Below, in pieces: positions 50,048-59,562 of a DNA stretch of 64,000 bases. Both the position numbers and the translations under genes were made by a program. The stretch is from the NCBI GenBank assembly GCA_963735805.1, contig CAVTMK010000001.1, positions 288,001 to 352,000 of the forward strand, given 5' to 3'. How positions within the stretch are numbered: the stretch's first letter is position 1; each line of letters opens with the position of its first letter. Origin of the DNA: an uncultured Verrucomicrobiae bacterium. GTDB taxonomy: Bacteria > Verrucomicrobiota > Verrucomicrobiia > Chthoniobacterales > UBA10450. The notes beneath the pieces were generated by a model. The model searched no databases, was not told the DNA's origin, and worked only from the letters and a program-made list of their open reading frames with translations.

Positions 50048-50305
50048 ATGAAACTGAACATTAAATCATTCGCACTGGCTTGTGGCATCGTTTGGGGATT
50101 GGGGCTTTTTCTTCTTACATGGTGGTTCATTGCACTTGATGGAGCGACGGGAGAACCGACATTCATCGGCAAGCTTTATCGCGGTTATACGGTTTCTCCA
50201 ATCGGCAGCGTGATAGGATTGGCATATGCATTCTTCGATGCTTTGATTTGGGGTGCCATATTCGCGTGGCTTTACAACAAATTGGCAGGTCGTGCCGACG
50301 CCTAA
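50048..50305 (+). CDS. Cassette 5: small 2-TM membrane protein (resembles proteins annotated as holin-like)
   Basis: MKLNIKSFALACGIVWG...YRGYTVSPIGSVIGL...FAWLYNKL; stop in R''. Confidence 0.7.
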   Translation: MKLNIKSFALACGIVWGLGLFLLTWWFIALDGATGEPTFIGKLYRGYTVSPIGSVIGLAYAFFDALIWGAIFAWLYNKLAGRADA

Positions 50306-50422
50306 CCAGGCGATGCAGCTAACGCCTTCCCGTACCGCGTTCACATTTCAGTTGCTTAGATTACACTTATTCCAATTTAGTCTCGCTCTCGGAAGGCGTA
50401 GCTTATCTTGTTCTCGTTAGAC
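50300..50422 (+). other. attC site 5 (123 bp)
   Basis: GCCTAAC...ATGCAGCTAACGCCTTCC / GGAAGGCGTAGCTTAT...GTTAGAC. Confidence 0.92.
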
Positions 50423-50452
50423 CTCTTAACACTTAACCAAAATGGCTTAATT

Positions 50453-50833
50453 ATGACTAATCGACTTTCACGGTCTCTTCTAGCGGCATCCGCTGCGGTC
50501 CTGGCTTTTGGGAGCCTGGTGCATGCGGCCTCATTCAACAAAGCGGCGTCGATCGTTGCTTCGTCCAACTTGCCCGTCTACTACGTAAACGTGCTCAAGG
50601 CATTTTGGCTGATGGACTCAGCAACGCTTATTCTTTTGGCTGTTACCTTCGGACTCATCGCGATCAGGCCCAATGTGGCAACGGGATCTGTCATCGCGCT
50701 TTTAGCGCTTATACCTGCTGCTATAGCTGCTCTGCTCTATACGTTTATTGGCATCGTCATACCTGCTCATATCCTCTTAGCCGCGGCAGCAATGGCGCTT
50801 TTTGCCGGGTGGCTGCGTGAACGAAGGGTCTAA
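50453..50833 (+). CDS. Cassette 6: 4-TM hypothetical membrane protein
   Basis: MTNRLSRSLLAASAAVLAFGSLVH...; stop in R''. Confidence 0.78.
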   Translation: MTNRLSRSLLAASAAVLAFGSLVHAASFNKAASIVASSNLPVYYVNVLKAFWLMDSATLILLAVTFGLIAIRPNVATGSVIALLALIPAAIAALLYTFIGIVIPAHILLAAAAMALFAGWLRERRV

Positions 50834-50951
50834 CCAATCGCTCGAGCCAACCGCTGGCCGTCACGATGCACGCATTTGATTTTATGAAACCGTTCTTCGA
50901 GTTTGCCACGCCGACTATCACCAGCGGTGGCTCATCTTCGTTTCGTTAGGC
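50828..50951 (+). other. attC site 6 (124 bp)
   Basis: GTCTAAC...GAGCCAACCGCTGG / CCAGCGGTGGCTC...GTTAGGC. Confidence 0.92.
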
Positions 50952-50978
50952 GCTCATCGCAGACTAGGAAGAGACGAC

Positions 50979-51146
50979 ATGAACAAAGGCATTCTTGGCG
51001 TCACCGACGATGATCTGGCGAAAGCTGCCGAGCGCATTCGTGCTACCGGTTATCCGCAGGCTGACGATTTTGCTGCACATAACATCTTGCAACCGCCATC
51101 GGAGGAAGAAATGCTTGAAGCGTTCGGCAAGGCGGAATTGGCGTGA
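50979..51146 (+). CDS. Terminal 55-aa acidic helical ORF with no following attC (not in ORF track)
   Basis: MNKGILGVTDDDLAKAAERIRATGYPQADDFAAHNILQPPSEEEMLEAFGKAELA*; AGGAAG upstream. Confidence 0.55.
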   Translation: MNKGILGVTDDDLAKAAERIRATGYPQADDFAAHNILQPPSEEEMLEAFGKAELA

Positions 51147-51449
51147 AAACGCGATCGCTCCCTGATTAATCTTTGTGCAACAGATAGCCGTTGCTGAATT
51201 TCGCTTCGCTAGGGCCCCGTAAAATGCATGAAACGTATTAGAGCGCGTGTGAAGAATGGTGTAGCCGCCTCAGAGTCTACTCGCCGTGGCGAGTGTCGAG
51301 TCTTCTATCGCACTTGGCTTACTCGACTCGGCAAAAGTTAAGATTAGGCGCCAGAGCCGCGTCGGCTGCCAACGCGTTGAGGAGTCGCCGCGGCGACCGT
51401 TCCACCTTTATTGATTTGGGCAGTTCTGTAAGTTCTACATCAATCTCTT

Positions 51450-51842
51450 ATGCAACTTGAAGGAATTGATCATGTAGCTCTCGGTGTGCGCGATATCGAG
51501 GAATCGGTGAAATGGTATGTCGAAGTCCTCGGGTTCGAGCGGCTTCACGAAGGCATGTGGAATGGCGTCCCTACTTTTATCGGCAAAGGAAATACCGGGC
51601 TTGCGTTGTTTCCTGCGAAACCGGATACAAAACCGACATCGTCAAGTCACCGCGAACTCCGGATGCTTCACCTCGCTTTTCGGGCGAACTGGGAAAATTT
51701 CCTCGCAGCGCAGCGCGAACTGGAAAAGCGCGGTATCAAATTTGAATTCCAAGACCACGAAATTTCGCACTCGATCTACTTCCGTGATCCAGATGGACAT
51801 CACCTGGAGATCACAACTTACGAGCTGCCCGAGTCGTCCTGA
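51450..51842 (+). CDS. VOC/glyoxalase family protein
   Basis: IDHVALGVRD..WY..VLGF; HLAF; SIYFRDPDGHHLEI. Confidence 0.92.
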   Translation: MQLEGIDHVALGVRDIEESVKWYVEVLGFERLHEGMWNGVPTFIGKGNTGLALFPAKPDTKPTSSSHRELRMLHLAFRANWENFLAAQRELEKRGIKFEFQDHEISHSIYFRDPDGHHLEITTYELPESS

Positions 51843-51844
51843 CT

Positions 51845-51921
51845 TGTCGTGTCGAGCGAAGTCGAGACATCTCTTAAATTCCCGACGCAGTTAGAGGTTC
51901 CTCGATTTCGCTCGGAACGAC
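51845..51921. repeat. TGTCATT-type palindromic element between convergent VOC and secA
   Basis: TGTCGTGTCGAGCGAAGTCGAGACATCTCT...AGAGGTTCCTCGATTTCGCTCGGAACGAC. Confidence 0.78.
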
Positions 51922-51948
51922 GAACTGGGAGGACAGCGGCGCTACTGT

Positions 51949-54945
51949 TTAGGCCACTCGTCCGCAGCAGTTTTTGTATTTCTTGCCGCTGCCGCAGGGG
52001 CACGCTTCGTTGCGACCAACTTTTGGTATGGAACGTCGGACCGGGAGATCGATCGATACTTCCCCCGCTCCCTCGCCATCTCCCGCCGCGACTCCCGCCA
52101 TTGCGCCAACCGGCTGACGTATGCGTGCGTCGGCGCTCGCGGTGGGCGCGGTCGGTGCGTGTTCGCGCATCAAGAATTGCGGCAGCGTCGCCAGGAAATT
52201 CTCGAATGCCTGCAAGTTCGACGTGCTGCGGAACAAATTGTTTAGCACTTCGTTCTTAATGTTCGCCATCAACTCGACGAACATGTCGTAGGCTTCGGTC
52301 TTATACTCGATCAGCGGATCTTTTTGAGCGTAGCCCCTGAGATAAACGCCCTCGCGTAATGCGTCCATGGCGTACAGATGTTCCTGCCAAAGCCGATCGA
52401 TTGCGTTGAGAATGATATAACGTTCCAGGCTTTTAACCGCCGTGGGCTCTTCGTAGGCTGATTTGCGCTCGTAAGCGTTCTTGATCTGTTCAACCAGGAA
52501 CTGCGAATTTTCATCGACAGTGCGGGTTTCGAATTGCGCTTTCTCCTTACCCAGGCCGAGAGGAAAAGTCGTATTCACCCAATGGACAAGACCAGTGTAG
52601 TTGGGTTCGTCCACGTCGAGATATTCCTTCACCTTGGCCGGAACGGCTTCGTCGATTACTTCAAAGATCAGTTTGCGCGGCTCCTCGGAATCGATCACTT
52701 CGTTACGATAGGTGTAAACGACTTCGCGCTGCATGTTCATCACGTCGTCGAAATCGAGCGTACGTTTCCGAATCAGATAGTTCCGTTGCTCCACGCGTTT
52801 CTGCGCGGTCTCGACCGATTTATTGAGCCATCGATGCTCGAGCTCCTGACCTTCTTCGAGACCGAATCGTTCCATGATTTTCGTCATGCGATCGGCTGCG
52901 CCGAAATTGCGCATCAGGTCGTCTTCGAAACTGACATAAAACCGTGATGCGCCAGGGTCGCCTTGACGCGCGCAACGTCCGCGTAGCTGTCGATCGATTC
53001 GGCGAGCTTCGTGCCGCTCGGTCGCAATTACCTTCAAACCGCCGAGCTCTGTTACGCCTGGGCCGAGTTTAATATCTGTACCGCGACCGGCCATGTTAGT
53101 TGAAATAGTCACGGTGCCCGGTTGCCCGGCGCGCGCCACAATCTCGGCCTCCTGCATGTGAAATTTCGCGTTCAACACGTTGTGCGGAATCTTCTCGCGC
53201 TTCAGCATCCGACTCAGTAACTCGGAAGCTTCCACACTCACGCTTCCAACCAGAACGGGCTGGGTTTTCGCATGAGCTTCTCTGATCTCCCTGATGACAG
53301 CGTTGTATTTTTCGCGGCGCGTCTTGTATATGCGATCGTTGAAATCGGTGCGCCGCACCGGGCGGTTGGTCGGAATGACGTTGACATCGAGTTTGTAAAT
53401 GTCGTGAAACTCTGCGGCTTCAGTCTCGGCCGTTCCAGTCATTCCCGCCAGCTTCTGATAAAGTCGGAAATAATTTTGAATAGTGATGGTCGCCAACGTT
53501 TGGGTCTCGCGATCGATCTGGACGCCTTCCTTCGCTTCGACAGCCTGATGCAACCCGTCGCTCCAACGTCTTCCCGGCATCTTACGGCCCGTGAACTCAT
53601 CGACAATCACCACCTTATTTTCTTCAATCACGTACTGGACATCCTTCTCGAATAAGCAATAAGCGCGCAGGAGCTGTGAGATGTTGTGAATGCGCTCTGC
53701 TTGCGAGTCGCAATGTTGCTGGCGCTCTGCTTTTCGCTTGTCCTTCTCCTCCGGCGTCAGTGCCCGATCGAGATCGATCTCGGTGAATTCACTGATCAAA
53801 TCCGGGAGCACGAACGAATTCGGGTCATCCGGATTGAGAAAACTGCGCCCTTGCTCGGAGAGATCGGCTTCGTTCGATTTTTCGTCGATCGTGAAGAAGA
53901 GTTCTTCCTTCAGTTGAAATAGCTCTTCCTTGCGCGTGTCCTGGAAAAATGAAAGCTCGGCTTTATCGACAGCACGGCGCTTGTCCGGGTCTTCCATCAT
54001 GCGCAGAAGCTGCTTATTGCGCGGTTGACCAAGTTTCACTTTGAACATGAGACGTCCGCCGATCTCGACATCGCCCTGATCAAATTTCTCGATCGCTTCG
54101 CTGGCGATTCGGTTGCAGAGCATGTTTTGCTTACGAACTAACTGCTCGATGAGCGGTTTCCATTTATCGTACTGATGCGTCGAGATCGTCGCCGGACCGC
54201 TGATGATGAGCGGCGTCCGCGCCTCATCGATTAGAATGGAATCGACTTCGTCGACAATGGCGTAGTGATAACCGCGCTGGACTTGTTGCTCGCGGGTCGT
54301 GGCCATGCCGTTGTCGCGCAGATAATCGAAACCGAACTCGCTATTCGTTCCGTAGGTAATGTCCATCGCGTATTGCTCGCGACGCTCGTCCGGCTCCTGA
54401 TCGTGTTGGATGCAGCCAACTGTGAGCCCGAGGAAATTATAAAGTTGGCCCATCCATTCCGCGTCGCGCCGGGCCAGGTAATCGTTCACCGTCACCAGAT
54501 GCGCGCCGCGGCCGGTGAGGGCGTTCAGATAAAGCGGCAAAGTCGCTACTAAAGTCTTGCCTTCGCCGGTCGCCATCTCCGCGATTCGGCCCCGGTGCAA
54601 AACGATTCCACCGAGCAACTGCACATCGAAGTGCACCATGTCCCAGACCATGGGCTGATCGCACACGGTGAAGCTGTATTGTCGCTCCTTCAGCCGGCGC
54701 GCCGCGTTTTTCACGACCGCAAACGCGTCCGGCAAGATTTCATTCAGCTTCTTCCATTGATCCTCCAGCTGCGGAATCTTGGAAAGCTCTTCCTTCCACG
54801 CCGCGGTCTTGGCGCGCAACTCGTCATCGGACAAGCTTTTGAACTGTTCATCCAACTCGTTCGTCTGGCGCACAATCGGCGCAAGCCGCCTAAGCTCGCG
54901 CTGATTTTTCGACCCGAGAATCTTCTTTAGAATCCAACCAACCAT
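51949..54945 (-). CDS. secA: Preprotein translocase ATPase SecA
   Basis: [72 protein letters not shown]. Confidence 0.98.
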   Translation of the reverse strand: MVGWILKKILGSKNQRELRRLAPIVRQTNELDEQFKSLSDDELRAKTAAWKEELSKIPQLEDQWKKLNEILPDAFAVVKNAARRLKERQYSFTVCDQPMVWDMVHFDVQLLGGIVLHRGRIAEMATGEGKTLVATLPLYLNALTGRGAHLVTVNDYLARRDAEWMGQLYNFLGLTVGCIQHDQEPDERREQYAMDITYGTNSEFGFDYLRDNGMATTREQQVQRGYHYAIVDEVDSILIDEARTPLIISGPATISTHQYDKWKPLIEQLVRKQNMLCNRIASEAIEKFDQGDVEIGGRLMFKVKLGQPRNKQLLRMMEDPDKRRAVDKAELSFFQDTRKEELFQLKEELFFTIDEKSNEADLSEQGRSFLNPDDPNSFVLPDLISEFTEIDLDRALTPEEKDKRKAERQQHCDSQAERIHNISQLLRAYCLFEKDVQYVIEENKVVIVDEFTGRKMPGRRWSDGLHQAVEAKEGVQIDRETQTLATITIQNYFRLYQKLAGMTGTAETEAAEFHDIYKLDVNVIPTNRPVRRTDFNDRIYKTRREKYNAVIREIREAHAKTQPVLVGSVSVEASELLSRMLKREKIPHNVLNAKFHMQEAEIVARAGQPGTVTISTNMAGRGTDIKLGPGVTELGGLKVIATERHEARRIDRQLRGRCARQGDPGASRFYVSFEDDLMRNFGAADRMTKIMERFGLEEGQELEHRWLNKSVETAQKRVEQRNYLIRKRTLDFDDVMNMQREVVYTYRNEVIDSEEPRKLIFEVIDEAVPAKVKEYLDVDEPNYTGLVHWVNTTFPLGLGKEKAQFETRTVDENSQFLVEQIKNAYERKSAYEEPTAVKSLERYIILNAIDRLWQEHLYAMDALREGVYLRGYAQKDPLIEYKTEAYDMFVELMANIKNEVLNNLFRSTSNLQAFENFLATLPQFLMREHAPTAPTASADARIRQPVGAMAGVAAGDGEGAGEVSIDLPVRRSIPKVGRNEACPCGSGKKYKNCCGRVA

Positions 54946-54977
54946 GTGAACTCGTAATATCGGTCAGATTTCCGATC

Positions 54978-55085
54978 TGTCATCCCGAACGAACGTGAGG
55001 GACCTCTCAACTGGTGCTGGATCACGCTAGGAACCCCCGTGTGTTCACCGGCGCAGCGTAAGATCCTTCGGTCCGCCAGGATGAC
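54978..55085. repeat. TGTCATT-type palindromic element in the secA-ridA divergent region
   Basis: TGTCATCCCGAACGAACGTGAGGGACCTC...AAGATCCTTCGGTCCGCCAGGATGAC. Confidence 0.7.
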
Positions 55086-55143
55086 CCACCGCTTTGGCGT
55101 TGTGTGCTTTGTGCCAGTTGAATTTCCAGTTACAATCGCACCC

Positions 55144-55557
55144 ATGAAGAAAATCATTTCCACCAGCGAGGCTCCGGGCGCGATTGGTCCTTACTCGCAG
55201 GCGATTCGCAGCAGGAGCTTCCTCTTTTGCAGTGGGCAAATTCCGCTCGACCCAAAAACCGGCCAGATCGTTGCAGGCGATATCGCTGCGCAGACCCGAC
55301 GCGTACTCGACAACATCGGAGCCGTATTGAAAGCGGAGCACCTCACTTTCGATCATGTCGTGAAGACGACCATTTTCCTCACAAACCTTGGCGATTTTCA
55401 AACCGTTAACGAAATCTATGGCTCGTATTTTAAACAGGATCCCCCAGCCCGTTCCACCGTTCAGGTCGCGGCGTTGCCCAAAGGCGCAAATGTGGAGATC
55501 GAAGTGATTGCCATGGTCGATGATAGTGGACAAACTGCGTATGACACGTCTGGGTAG
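55144..55557 (+). CDS. ridA: RidA reactive-intermediate deaminase
   Basis: APGAIGPYSQA; SGQIP; VKTTIFL; PARSTVQVAALPK..VEIE. Confidence 0.93.
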   Translation: MKKIISTSEAPGAIGPYSQAIRSRSFLFCSGQIPLDPKTGQIVAGDIAAQTRRVLDNIGAVLKAEHLTFDHVVKTTIFLTNLGDFQTVNEIYGSYFKQDPPARSTVQVAALPKGANVEIEVIAMVDDSGQTAYDTSG

Positions 55558-55578
55558 ATCGACGATGACCAGGCATAA

Positions 55579-55643
55579 TTGTAGGGCGTTCGCCGCGGCG
55601 AACTCCGCCGCTCCAGTGAGCGTTTTACAAAAACGCCCTACAA
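55579..55643. repeat. GTAG-type REP doublet directly upstream of pyrE
   Basis: TTGTAGGGCGTT...AACGCCCTACAA inverted ends; internal TTCGCCGCGGCGAA hairpin. Confidence 0.75.
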
Positions 55644-55644
55644 C

Positions 55645-56212
55645 ATGAGCGACTATATTCTCGCACTTTTCCGTAAAACAGGTGCGCTGTTGGATGGTCA
55701 CTTTATTTTGCGCTCTGGCTTACATAGCCGCGAGTACTTCCAATGCGCTTTGCTTCTTCAGGACACGGAAATCGCAGCCAAAGTCTGCGGATGGCTCGCG
55801 GACAAACTTCGTGAATTTGAGTGTAACACGGTGGTCTCCCCTGCCCTCGGCGGAATCATTGTCGGCCAGGAGGTCGGCCGCTCGTTAGGCAAACGCCACA
55901 TCTTTGTCGAAAAAGACGAGGGAAAACTTGTCCTGCGCCGTGGTTTTCAAATTTCGTCGAATGAAAAATTTGTCGTTGTCGAAGACGTGGTGACGCGCGG
56001 CGGACGCGTGCAGGAAACAATCGACATCGTACATAACCATGGAGGAGTTGTTTCCGCAGTCGGCGTGATCGTCGATCGAAGTGGTAGACTCAAAACCGAA
56101 TTTCGGCTGTCCGTTTGTGAGCCTCGTCGAGATGAGTGTTGAGAACTTTTCTGCAGACAATCTGCCACCTGATCTCGCGAAGATCCCTGCCGTTAAGCCT
56201 GGAAGCAAATAG
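55645..56212 (+). CDS. pyrE: Orotate phosphoribosyltransferase (apparent +1 frameshift at A4 56092-56095)
   Basis: GHFILRSGLHS; VVEDVVTRGG PRPP loop; removing one A gives ...DRSGRLKPNFGCPFVSL...IPAVKPGSK* ending 56212. Confidence 0.9.
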
Positions 56213-56220
56213 CTGCCGGC

Positions 56221-56378
56221 CTGTAACTACGGGCCTCTGGCCAGTCGTCGACTATTGGGAAAGCGTGTGTTTGAGAAACGGCCCGCAGGGCCGTGGCTAC
56301 AGCGCGCGTAGGTTGTATGGCGTTTGTATGAAACGCCGATTCCATAGGTTCGTCGTGTGACACAAACGCCTCTACAAC
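56221..56378. repeat. Two tandem GTAG-type REP doublets between pyrE and the YyaL gene
   Basis: CTGTAACTACGGGCC...GGCCGTGGCTACAG and GTTGTATGGCGTTTGT...ACAAACGCCTCTACAAC. Confidence 0.7.
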
Positions 56379-58600
56379 TTTAGCAAATCGCCGAGTTGCT
56401 TCGGATCGGTCACTGGTGCTTTACACGTGAAATTTTCGCAGACGTAGGCGGCTGGTTTCCCATCGATGAGCGACATGGCGCGAATGGCCTCATTTTTCTC
56501 GCCGAGATATTTTTGGCCTTCAGCCCCATCCGCGAGAACCAGGACTGTTTTCGGCAAGAAATGCCGGTTCGTCTCTTTGAGCAACGCTTTCGTTTCAGGC
56601 GCATTCCTGGTCCCTGCAATCACGATCTGGCGCGGCTTGCTTAACGAGTAGTCCAGCGCGACCAGCATTTGCGGCATGGCGCTGGGGAAGTGCGAGAGCG
56701 TCGTCGCAAACGCGTCGATCGTTTTTCGCCCGCGGTCCGTCATCCCTTTGTCATCACGAAATTGCGATAACCGCAAAAGATTCAAGGCCGCGACTGAGTT
56801 CGCAGCTGGCTCCGCGCCGTCATTGTCGTCTTTCATGCGGAGAAAGACGTTCTCATCCTTACCGCTGGTGCTGAAATAGCCGCCGTTCTTTTCATCGAAA
56901 AACAAGCGGTCCTGCACGTCCTGCAATTGGACCGCGAATTTCAACCACTCCACATCGGATGAAGCTTCGTAAAGATCGAGAAAACCCTGGATAACAAATG
57001 CGTAGTCGTCCGCAAAGCCTTCGATATCGCTGCGTCCCCCGCGATAGTTGCGATAGACCAATTTGCTCTTTTCTTCATAGAGATTTGTTCTGAGGAATTT
57101 GGCCGCGCGGTTTGCAATTTCCAGATAGCGAGGTTCGTCGAGCGCTCGCGCCCCACGGGCATAAGCCGAAATCATCAGCCCGTTCCAGGCAGCAATGATT
57201 TTGTCGTCGAGATGAGGTCGCGGTCGTTTCGCGCGAATGGAAAATAGTTTCTCGCGACATTGCGCGAGTAATTGTCCAATGTCTTCCTCGGTTTTCCGAA
57301 AGTGTTTTGCGGTTTCCACAATCGCGTGGCGTTCGATCAAAATATTTTGGCCACGGAATTCATCCTGGGGATCGCTTCCTTCCGGCGCATTTCCGTGTGC
57401 CTGCACACCATAATGAAAATCAAAAATCTCGGCGGCATCGCCCAGCGCGGCATCGATTTCTTTTTTTGTCCAGATATAGAATGCGCCCTCCTTGGTTTCG
57501 GGATGGGCGCGGTCGGCGTCCGCGGCGACAACGGGGCTGTCGGCATCTTCGGCGGAGAAAAAGCCGCCTTCCTTGGATATCATGTCACGGGCTACGTAAT
57601 CGAGAATGTCGCGCGCCACCTCTTCGTATTGCCGATCCCTGGTAATTTGGAATGCATCCATATAGGCGACGGCCAGTTGTCCTTGGTCGTAAAGCATCTT
57701 TTCGAAATGCGGCACATGCCAGTAACGATCGACTGAATACCGATGAAATCCGCCTCCGATATGATCGTGCATTCCGCCTGCGGCCATCTTGCGTAGCGTA
57801 AACAGAGCGATTTCGAGGGCGTGTTTGCCTGACTCGCTCTTGGGATCACGCGCATAAAACCGCGTTAGAAAATTGAGTGTCACCGGTCGGGGAAATTTTG
57901 GCGCATTGCCGAAACCGCCCTCCTTCGGGTCGTAACTACGCTCGATCTGCCGGTAAGCAGCCTCCAAAATCGGCGCATCGATTTTGCCTTCGACCTTTCC
58001 GGCTGACTGAGATTCGCGCAGCGCGTTAACGATCTTCCCGCCCTGCTCGACAATTTTGTCGTGATTCTCCTTCCAAGCCGTTGCGATTCGTTCGAGCACG
58101 GTTTTGAAAGCCGGCTGGCCGTAGCGGTCCTCAGGGGGAAAATAGGTTCCGCCAACGAATGGCTTCAGATCAGGCGTCAACCAGACACTCATCGGCCAGC
58201 CGCCTCCGCCGGTGGTTGCTTGCACAAAGGTCATGTAAACACGATCAACATCGGGACGCTCTTCCCTGTCCACTTTGATGTTCACAAATTCGCGATTCAT
58301 GATCGCGGCGATCTTCTCGTTCTCGAAGGATTCATGCGCCATCACATGGCACCAGTGACAGGTGGAATAGCCAACCGAGAGAAAGATCGGTTTGTTCTCG
58401 CGGCGCGCCTTGGAGAATGCTTCCTCGCCCCATGGATACCAATCAACAGGGTTATGCGCGTGCTGAAGAAGATAAGGCGACTTCTGCTGCGCAAGACGGT
58501 TCGTGTGCTCGGGACGTGCAGGCTTGGGTTCGGCTAATGTGTCGTTCGATGTCACCAACCACGTTAATGCGAGAAACCCAAAGCGGAAGGAAGTTATCAT
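56372..58600 (-). CDS. YyaL/SSP411-like thioredoxin-domain protein (DUF255)
   Basis: [46 protein letters not shown]. Confidence 0.94.
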   Translation of the reverse strand: MITSFRFGFLALTWLVTSNDTLAEPKPARPEHTNRLAQQKSPYLLQHAHNPVDWYPWGEEAFSKARRENKPIFLSVGYSTCHWCHVMAHESFENEKIAAIMNREFVNIKVDREERPDVDRVYMTFVQATTGGGGWPMSVWLTPDLKPFVGGTYFPPEDRYGQPAFKTVLERIATAWKENHDKIVEQGGKIVNALRESQSAGKVEGKIDAPILEAAYRQIERSYDPKEGGFGNAPKFPRPVTLNFLTRFYARDPKSESGKHALEIALFTLRKMAAGGMHDHIGGGFHRYSVDRYWHVPHFEKMLYDQGQLAVAYMDAFQITRDRQYEEVARDILDYVARDMISKEGGFFSAEDADSPVVAADADRAHPETKEGAFYIWTKKEIDAALGDAAEIFDFHYGVQAHGNAPEGSDPQDEFRGQNILIERHAIVETAKHFRKTEEDIGQLLAQCREKLFSIRAKRPRPHLDDKIIAAWNGLMISAYARGARALDEPRYLEIANRAAKFLRTNLYEEKSKLVYRNYRGGRSDIEGFADDYAFVIQGFLDLYEASSDVEWLKFAVQLQDVQDRLFFDEKNGGYFSTSGKDENVFLRMKDDNDGAEPAANSVAALNLLRLSQFRDDKGMTDRGRKTIDAFATTLSHFPSAMPQMLVALDYSLSKPRQIVIAGTRNAPETKALLKETNRHFLPKTVLVLADGAEGQKYLGEKNEAIRAMSLIDGKPAAYVCENFTCKAPVTDPKQLGDLLKL

Positions 58601-58641
58601 GACGCGACGCGCTACGCCGCAACCAGTTTACATACCGTTCT

Positions 58642-58696
58642 TGTCATTCCGAGCCAAGTCGAGGAATCTCTGGCTGTTTCCGGCGGATGCCTCGAC
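58642..58696. repeat. Truncated TGTCATT-type palindromic element
   Basis: TGTCATTCCGAGCCAAGTCGAGGAATCTC...GATGCCTCGAC. Confidence 0.65.
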
Positions 58697-58746
58697 GGCG
58701 TTCTTGTTAAACCGAGAGAGTTCGACTGCGCCAGACATTACAACGC

Positions 58747-59484
58747 ATGGATAGCACGCATTTCGTTCTTTTATTTCTTGCGATCGGTCTGATCGCATTT
58801 CTCTATTCATCGGTGGGCCATGCCGGTGCGTCGGGCTACATCGCAACCATGACGTTGTTCGGGCTCGCACCGAATGTTATTCGACCAACCGCGCTTGTGC
58901 TCAATATTTTGGTAGCCTCTATCGGCACGTATCAGTTCTGGCGAGCCGGTTATTTTTCGTGGAAGTTGTTTTGGCCGTTCGCGCTGCTATCCATTCCGGC
59001 AGCATATCTCGGCGGCTATCTTCAGCCGTCTGCTTCCGTGCTTCGAATCTTGATAGGCGTTGTGCTGCTTTTTTCGGCAATCCGGTTGATCTTTCGGCGA
59101 GGCGACCCACCGCAGACGATCCCCCCTTCGCGGCCGGTTGCAATAAGTGCAGGTGCAGGGCTTGGGTTTCTTTCCGGTCTGACTGGCACCGGCGGCGGAA
59201 TATTTCTCACGCCCCTGTTGCTGTTTTGTAAGTGGGCGCACATCCGCCAGGCTGCAGCCGTTTCGGCGCTGTTCATCTGGGTGAACTCAATCGCCGGTCT
59301 GGTTGGATACTTCACAAAAGTTCGTTCAATTCCTTCGCTCGGTCTGATGCTCGCCGCAGCCGCGATCATTGGCGGCACTGTGGGCTCGCATTTGGGCAGC
59401 AGGCGTTTTGCTGTCCGGGTGATTTCGCTTTTCCTCGCGACGGTGCTTCTTATCGCCGGAATGAAATTGATTTTCACGAGGTAA
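58747..59484 (+). CDS. TauE/SafE family sulfite exporter
   Basis: YSSVGHAGASGY; SGLTGTGGGIFLTP; about 8 TMs. Confidence 0.9.
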   Translation: MDSTHFVLLFLAIGLIAFLYSSVGHAGASGYIATMTLFGLAPNVIRPTALVLNILVASIGTYQFWRAGYFSWKLFWPFALLSIPAAYLGGYLQPSASVLRILIGVVLLFSAIRLIFRRGDPPQTIPPSRPVAISAGAGLGFLSGLTGTGGGIFLTPLLLFCKWAHIRQAAAVSALFIWVNSIAGLVGYFTKVRSIPSLGLMLAAAAIIGGTVGSHLGSRRFAVRVISLFLATVLLIAGMKLIFTR

Positions 59485-59562
59485 CGTGGCTCTGCTTGTA
59501 GCCGTCTCGCTGCGTCGAGGCGAATTGCCCATCATCCACGTCATGCTGGCACAGCGCTGTGG

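Larger units (their letters stand above)
47921..51146 (+). mobile_element. Integron gene-cassette array with no integrase in the window (CALIN-like): 6 attC sites, 7 genes
   Basis: Six RYYYAAC...GTTRRRY imperfect palindromes, each directly after a short co-oriented ORF. Confidence 0.93.

Noticed and set aside
50048..50305. Holin-like gene as evidence of a prophage
   Set aside because: It is an attC-bounded cassette with no endolysin or other phage genes nearby.
48403..50951. Recurrent ~120-bp repeats as a CRISPR array
   Set aside because: Repeats are long, divergent and separated by whole genes; no cas genes; attC architecture fits.
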